Source: the human T2T-CHM13v2.0 reference genome, Homo sapiens. From it: DNA of 64,000 bases. This document shows, piece by piece, positions 57,252-64,000 of the stretch; positions within the stretch are counted from its first letter, which is position 1, and every line of letters starts with the position of its first letter. The notes below the pieces were generated by a model, which was not told the origin of the DNA, did not search any database, and saw only the letters and a list, made by a program, of their open reading frames with translations. The position numbers and the translations under genes were made by a program. The stretch lies in NCBI RefSeq assembly GCF_009914755.1, contig NC_060925.1; one strand, 5' to 3'.

Positions 57252-60200
57252 GTCCAAGCCAGCCAAGCCAGTCAGCCAAGCCGGCTAAGCCACCCACCCA
57301 GCCAAGCCAGCCAAGTGAGCCAGCTAGCCAGCCAGCCAAGCCAGCCAAACCAGCCAAGCCAGTCAGCCAGCCAAGCCAGCCAAGCCAGACAGCCAGGAAA
57401 GCCAGCCAAGCCAGCCAAGCCAGCCAAGCCAGCCAAGCCTCCAGCCAGCCAAGCCAGCCAAGCCAGCCAGCCAGGCAAGCCAGCCAAGCCTGCCAGCCAG
57501 CCAAGCCAGCCAAGCAAGGCAGCCAGCCAAGCCAGCCAGCCAGCCCAGCCGCCCCAGCCAGCCAAGCCAACCCAAACAGCCAAGCCAGCCAAGCCAGCCA
57601 GCCAAGAAAGGAAAGCCGGCCGGCCAAGCCAGCCAAGCCAATCAGCCAGCCAAGCCAGCCAAGCCAGCCAGCCAGCCAAGCCAGCCAAGGCAGCCAAGCC
57701 AGCCAAGCCAGCCAGGCAGCCAAGCAAGCCAATCCAGCCAGCTAGACAAGGCAGCCAAGCCAGCAGGCCAAGCGAGCCAAGCCAAGCCAGCCAAGCCAGC
57801 CAGCTAGCCAGCCAAGCCAGCCAAGCCAGCCAAGCCAGCCCAGCCAGCCAGCCAGCCAGCCGAGCCGGCCAAACCAGACAGCGAGCCCAGCCAGCCCAGC
57901 CAGTCAGCCAGCCAAACCAGCCACCCAGCCAAGCCAGCCAGCCACCCAGCCAAGCCAGCCAAGAGACCCAAGCCAGCCAGCAAAGCTGGCCAAACCAGCC
58001 AAGCCAGTCAGCCAAGCCAGCCAAGCCAGCCACCCAGCCAAGCCAGCCAAGCCAGCCAACCAGCCAGACAGCCAACCCAGGAAACCAAGAGACCCAAGCC
58101 AGCCAGCGAAGCTGGCCAACCCAGCCAAGCCAGTCAGCCAAGCCAGCCAAGCCGGCCACCCAGCCAAGCCAGCCAAGCCAGCCAACCAGCCAGACAGCCC
58201 AGCCAGACAGCCAGCCCAGGCAGCAAAACCAGGCAAGCCAGCCAGCCAAGCCAGCCAAGCCAGCCAGCCAGCCAAGACAGCCAAGCCAGCCAAGCCAGGC
58301 AAGCCAGCGAGCCAGCCAAGCCAGCCAACCCAGCCAGCCAAGCCAGCTAAGACAGCCAGCCAGCCAAGCCGGCCAAGCCAGCCAGCCAAGCAAGCCATGC
58401 AAGCCAGCCAGCCAGCCAAGCCAGTCAAGCCAGCCAGCCAGCCAAACCAGCCAAGCCACCCAAGCCAGTCAGCCAAGCCAGCCAAGCCAGCCAAGCCAGT
58501 CAGCCAGAAAAGCCAGCCAAGCCTGCCAGCCAGTCAAGCCAGCCAAGCCAGCCAGCCAGCCAAGCCAGCGAAGACACCCAGCCAGCCAAGCAAGCCAAGC
58601 CACCCAGCCAGACAAGCCTGCCAAGAGACCCAGCAACCCAAGCCAGCCAAGACACCCAGCCAGCCAAGCTAGCCAAGACACCCAGCCAGCGAAGCCAGCC
58701 AGCCAGCCAGCCAGCCAAGCCTGCCAAGCCACCCAGCCAGCCAAGCCAGCCAAACCACCCAGCCAGCCAAGCCGGTCAAGCCACCCAGCCAGCCAAGCTG
58801 GCCAAGACACTCAGCCAGCCAAGCCAGCCAGCCAGCCAAGCCGGCCAAGCCACTCAGCCAGCCAAGATGGCCAAGCCACCCAGTCAAGCCAGCGAAGCCA
58901 GTCAGCCAGCCAAGCCAGCCAAAACAGCCAGCCAGCCACGCCAGCCACCCAAGCCACCCAGACAGCCAAGCAAGCCAAGCCAGCCAGCCATACAAGCCAG
59001 TCAAGCCAGTCAAGCCAGCCAAGCCAGCCAGTCAGCCAGCGAACCCAGCCAAGCCACCCATACAGCCAAGCCAGGTAGCCAACCAAGCCAGCCAGCCACC
59101 AAAGCCAGCCAAGCCAGCCAAGCCAGCCAGCCACCCAGCCAGCCAGGCCAGCCAGCCACCCAGCCAGCCAACCCAACCAGCCACCCAGCCAGCCAGGCCA
59201 GCCTGCCACACAGCCAGCCAGGCCAGCCAAGCCAGCCAAGCCAGCCAGCCACCCAGCCACAAGGCCAGCCAGCCACCCAGCCAGCCAAGCCATCCGAGCC
59301 AGCCAGCCAACCCAGCCAGCCAAGCCATCCAAGCCAGCCAGCCAGCCCAGACAGCCAAGCCAGCCAGGCAGCCAAGCCAGCCAAGCAAGCCAGCAAGCCA
59401 GCCAGCCAAGCCAGCCAGCCAAGCCAGCCAGCCAAGCCATGCGAGCCAGCCAGCCAGCCCAGACAGACAAGCCAGCCAGCCAGCCAAGCCAGCCAAGCAA
59501 GCCAGCAAGCCATCCAGCCAAGCCAGCCAGCCAAACCAGCCAAGACACCCAACACACCCAGCAAGCCAGCCAGCCAAGCCAGCCAACTAGCCAAGCCAAC
59601 CAAGCCAGCCACCAGCCAAGCCAGCCAAGCCTGCCAGCCAGCCAAGCCAGCCAAGACAGGCAGCCAGCCAAGGCAGCCAGCTGGCCAAGCCAGCCAAGCC
59701 ACCCAGTGAGCCATGCCAGCCAAGCCACCCAGACATCCAAGCCAGCCAAGCCACCCAGCCAGCCAAGGCAGCCAAGCCAGCCAAGCCATCCATCCTGCCA
59801 AGCCAGCCGGCCAGCCAAGCCGGCCAAGCCACCCGGCCAGCCAAGCCAGCCCAGCCACCTGGGCAGCCAAACCAGCCAAGCCACCCGGCCAGCCAGCCAG
59901 CCAAGCCAGCCAAGCCTGCCAGCCATCCAAGCCAGCCAAGCCACCAGCTAGCCAAGCCACCCAGCCAGCCAGCCAGCCAAGCCAGCCAAGCCTCCCAGCC
60001 AGCCAAGCCAGCCAAGCCACACAGCCAGCCAAGCCACCCAAGCCACCCAGCCAGCCAGGCCCAGCAGCCAGCCAGCCAGCGAGCCAACCCAGCTAAGCCA
60101 GCCAGGCAGCCAAGCCAGCCAAGCCAGCCAAGACCTCCAGCCAGCCAAGACAGGCATGCCAACCAAGCCAGCCAGGCAGCCAAGCCAGCCAGCAAGCAAA

Positions 60201-63200
60201 GCCAGGCATGCCAGCCAAGCCAGACAGGCAGCCAAGCCAGCCAAGCAAGCCAGCCAGCCAAGCCAGGCATGCCAGCCAATCCATCCAGCCACCTAAGCCA
60301 GCCGGCTAGCCAAGCCAGCCAAGCCACCCGGCCAGCCAAGCCAGCCAGCCAAGCCAGCCAAGCCAGCCAAGACAGCCAACCAGTCAAGCCAGTCAGCTAG
60401 CCAAGCCAGCCAAGCCACCCGGCCGGCCAAGCCAGCCAGCCAACCAGCCAAGCCAGCCAACCAGCCAAGACAGTCAGCTAGCCAAGCCAGCCAACCAGCC
60501 AGCCAGTCAAGCCGGCCAGCCTGCCAGCCAACCAAGCCGGCCAGACAGCCAAGGCAGCCAAGCCGGCCAGGCAGCCAAGCCAGCCAAGCCACTGACCAAG
60601 CCAAGCCAGCCAAGCCACCCAGCCAGCCAAGCCAGCCAAGCCAGCCAAACCAGCCTGCCAGCAAAGCCAGCCAAGCCATCCAGCCTGCCAAGCCAGCTGG
60701 CCAGCCAAGCTAGCCAATCCACTCAGCCACTCAAGCCAGCCAAGTCACCCGGCCAGCCAAGCCACCCAGCCAGCCCAGACAGCCAAGCCAGCCAAGCCTC
60801 CCAGCCAGCCAAGCCAGCCAAGCCACCCAGCCAGCCAAGCCAGCCAAGCCACCCAAGGCGCCCAGCCAAGCCGCCCAGCCAGCCAAGCCAGCCAAGCCGC
60901 CCAACTAGCCAGGCCAGCCACCCAGCCAGTGAGCCAAGCCAGCCAGCCAGCCAGCCAAGCCAGGCATGCCAGCCAAGCCATCCAGTCAGCGAAGCCAGCC
61001 GGCTACCCAAGCCAGCCAAGTCACACGGCCAGCCAAGCCAGCCAGCCAAGACAGCCAAGCCAGCCAACCAGCCAAGCCAGTCAGCTAGCCAAGCCAGCCA
61101 ACCAGCCAGCCAGCCAAGCCGGCCGGCCTGCCAGCCAACCAAGCCAGCCAGGCAGCCAAGGCAGCCAAGCCAGCCAGGCAGCCAAGCCAGCCAAGCCACC
61201 GACCCAGCCAAGCCACCCAGCCAGCCAAGACAGCCACGCCAGCCAAACCAGCCTGCCAGCCAAGCCAGCCAAGCCATCCAGCCTGCCAAGCCAGCCGGCC
61301 AGCCAAGCTAGCCAATCCACTCACCCACTCAAGCCAGCCAAGTCACCCGGCCAGCCAAGCCAGCCAAGCCAGCCAGCCAGCCCAGCCAGCCAAGCCAGCC
61401 AAGCCACCCAGCCAGCCAAGCCAGCCAAGCCACCCAGCCAGCCAAGCCGGCCAGCAAGCCAGCCAGACAGCCAAGCCAGCCAGCCACCCAGACAGCCAGG
61501 CCATCCAGGCAACCCAGCCAGCCAACACAGCCAAGCCTGCCAAACCAGCCTGCCAGCCAAGCCAGCCAAGCCAGCCAGCCTGCCAAGCCATCCAGGCAAC
61601 CCAGCCAGCCAAGACAGCCAAGCCAGCTGGCCAGCCAAGCTAGCCAATCCACTCAGCCACTCAAGCCAGCCAAGTCACCTGGCCAGCCAAGCCAGCCAAG
61701 CCAGCCAGCCAGCCCAGACAGCCAAGCCAGCCAAGCCAGCCAAGCCACCCAGCCAGTCAAGCCAGCCAAGCCGCCCAGCCAAGCCGCCCAGCCAGCCAAG
61801 CCAGCCAAGCCGCCCAGCTAGCCAGGCCAGCCACCCAGCCAGTGAGCCAAGCCAGCCAAGCCAGCCAGGCAGCCAAGCCAGCCAAGCCAGCCAAGCCAGC
61901 CAGCCAGCCAAGCCAGGCATGCCAGCCAAGCCAGCAAAGCCAGGCCTGACAGCCAAGCCAGCCAGGCAGCCAAGCCAGCCAGGCAACCAAGCCAGCCAAG
62001 CCACCCAGCCAGCCAAGCCAGCCAAGCCAGCCAGCAGGCCAGCCAGCCAGCCAAGCCAGCCAGCCACCCAGCCAGCCAGGCCAGCCAGCCACCCAGCCAG
62101 CCAAGCCAGCCAGCCACACAGCAAGCCAGGCCAGCCTGCCACCCAGCCAGCCAGGCCAGCCAGCCACCCAGCCAGCCAGGCCGGTCAGCCACCCAGCCAG
62201 CCAAGCCATGCAAGCCAGCCAGCCAGCCCAGATAGCCAAGCCAGCCAGCCAGCCAAGCCAGCCAAGCAAGCCAGCAAGCCAGCCAGCCAAGCCAGCCAGC
62301 CAAACCAGCGAAGCCACCCAGCCAGCCAAGCCACCCAAGATACCCAGCCAGCCAGTCAGCCAAGCCAGCCAACTAGCCAAGCCAGCCAAGCCAGCCACCA
62401 GCCAAGCCAGCCAGCCAAGCCAGCCAAGCCAGCCAACCAGCCAAGCCAGCCAGCTAGCCAAGCCACCCAGCCAGAAAGCCAGCCAAACCAGCCATGCCAC
62501 CCAGCGAGCCAAGCCACCCAGCCAGCCGAGCCAGCCAAGATAATCAGCCAGCCAGGCAGCCAGCCACCCAAGCCAGCCAAGCCAGCCAGCCAGCGAGCCA
62601 AGCCAGCCAAGCCAGCCAGGCAGCCAAGCCAGCCAAGACAGTCAAGCCCGCCAGCCAGCCAAGACAGGCATGCCAGCCAAGCCAGCCAGGCAGCCAAGCC
62701 AGCCAAGCCAGCCAGGCCCGCCAGCCAGCCAAGACAGGCATGCCAGCCAAGCCAGCCAAGCCAGCCAGCAAGCAAAGCCAGGCATGCCAGCCAAACCAGC
62801 CAGGCAACCAAGCCAGCCAGCCAAGACAGCCAAGCCAGCCAACCAGCCAAGCCAGTCAGCTAGCCAAGCCAGCCAACCAGCCAGCCAGCCAAGCCGGCCG
62901 GCCTGCCAGCCAACCAAGCCGGCCAGACAGCCAAGGCAGCCAAGCCGGCCAGGCAGCCAAGCCAGCCAAGCCACCGACCCAGCCAAGCCACCCAGCCAGC
63001 CAAGACAGCCACGCCAGCCAAACCACCCAGCCAGCCAAGCCAGCCAGCCATCCAGCCAGCCAGGCCAGCCTGCCACCCAGCCAGCCAAGCCAGACAAGCC
63101 AGCCAAGCCAGCTAGCCACCCAGCCAGCCAGGCCAGCCAGCCACCCAGCCAGCCCAGACAGCCAAGCCTGCCAAACCAGCCTGCCAGCCAAGCCAGCCAA

Positions 63201-64000
63201 GCCAGCCAGCCTGCCAAGCCATCCAGGCAACCCAGCCAGCCAAGACAGCCAAGCCAGCCGGCCAGCCAAGCTAGCCAATCCACTCAGCCACTCAAGCCAG
63301 CCAAGTCACCTGGCCAGCCAAGCCAGCCAAGCCAGCCAAGCCAGCCAGCCAGACCAGACAGCCAAGCCAGCCAAGCCACCCAGCCAGCCAAGCCAGCCAA
63401 ACCAGTCAGCCAGCCAAGCAGCCAGCCAGCCAAGCCTCCCAGCCAGCCAAGCCAGCCAAGCCACCCAGCCAGCCAAGCCAGCCAAGCCACAGAGCCAGCC
63501 AGGCCAGCCAAGCCACCCAGCCAGAAAGGCCCGCCAGCCAGCCAGCAAGCGAGCCAAGCCAGCCAAGCCTGCCAGCCAGCCAAGCCAGCCAAGACAGACA
63601 GCCAGCCAAGCCAGCCAAGCCTGATAGCCATCCAAGGCAGCCAAGCCAGCCAACCAGCCAAGCCAGCCAGCCAGCCAAGCCAGAGAAGCCAGCCAGCCTG
63701 CCAAGCCATCCAGGCAACCCAGCCAGCCAAGACAGCCAAGCCAGCTGGCCAGCCAAGCTAGCCAATCCACTCAGCCACTCAAGCCAGCCAAGTCACCTGG
63801 CCAGCCAAGCCAGCCAAGCCAGCCAAGCCAGCCAGCCAGCCAGCCCAGACAGCCAAGCCAGCCAAGCCAGCCAAGCCAGCCAAGCTGCCCAGCCAAGCCG
63901 CCCAGCCAGCCAAGCCAGCCAAGCCGCCCAGCTAGCCAGGCCAGCCACCCAGCCAGTGAGCCAAGCCAGCCAAGCCAGCCAGGCAGCCAAGCCAGCCAAG
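57252..64000. repeat. (CAGC/CAAGC)n GC-rich satellite, >6.7 kb, continuing past the window end
   Basis: Continuous ccagccaagccagccagcc; T nearly absent on +. Confidence 0.97.

Noticed and set aside
57247-63999. Many long QPASQ and WLAG ORFs (up to 644 aa)
   Set aside because: The T-poor strand rarely forms stops; open in overlapping frames on both strands.

Overview
Primate, most likely human or great-ape, non-coding DNA (near-consensus AluY, L1PA elements, a BC200 retrocopy). It looks like a pericentromeric or acrocentric-type segmental-duplication mosaic. I find no intact protein-coding gene; every long ORF lies in a strand-skewed tandem repeat or an Alu/L1 relic. Order of blocks: (1) 1-10.37 kb, GC-rich block with old repeats; (2) 10.37-12.15 kb, interstitial TAR1 telomere-associated repeat with a ~950-bp CCG-rich VNTR and no TTAGGG tract; (3) 12.15-15.2 kb, REP522-like repeat split by an L1 fragment; (4) 15.2-21.2 kb, CAGGG/(GGCCCT)n array with an internal inversion; (5) 22.2-27.3 kb, (GATGA/AATGA)n satellite with a ~2.3-kb tandem duplication; (6) 27.3-35.7 kb, AT-rich intron-like block; (7) 35.7-43.9 kb, moderate-GC block with MaLR, MER4 and ERVL relics; (8) 43.9-57.2 kb, Alu/L1-dense block with several local tandem arrays, a dispersed duplicate, micro-inversions and one very young AluY; (9) 57.25 kb to the window end, a >6.7-kb (CAGC/CAAGC)n array. 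The best candidate for an undescribed system is an orphan telomere-type CpG promoter, possibly bidirectional, next to co-oriented switch-region-like arrays at block junctions; that is a hypothesis, not a demonstrated system. Repeat family names come from remembered consensus sequences, not from a search.
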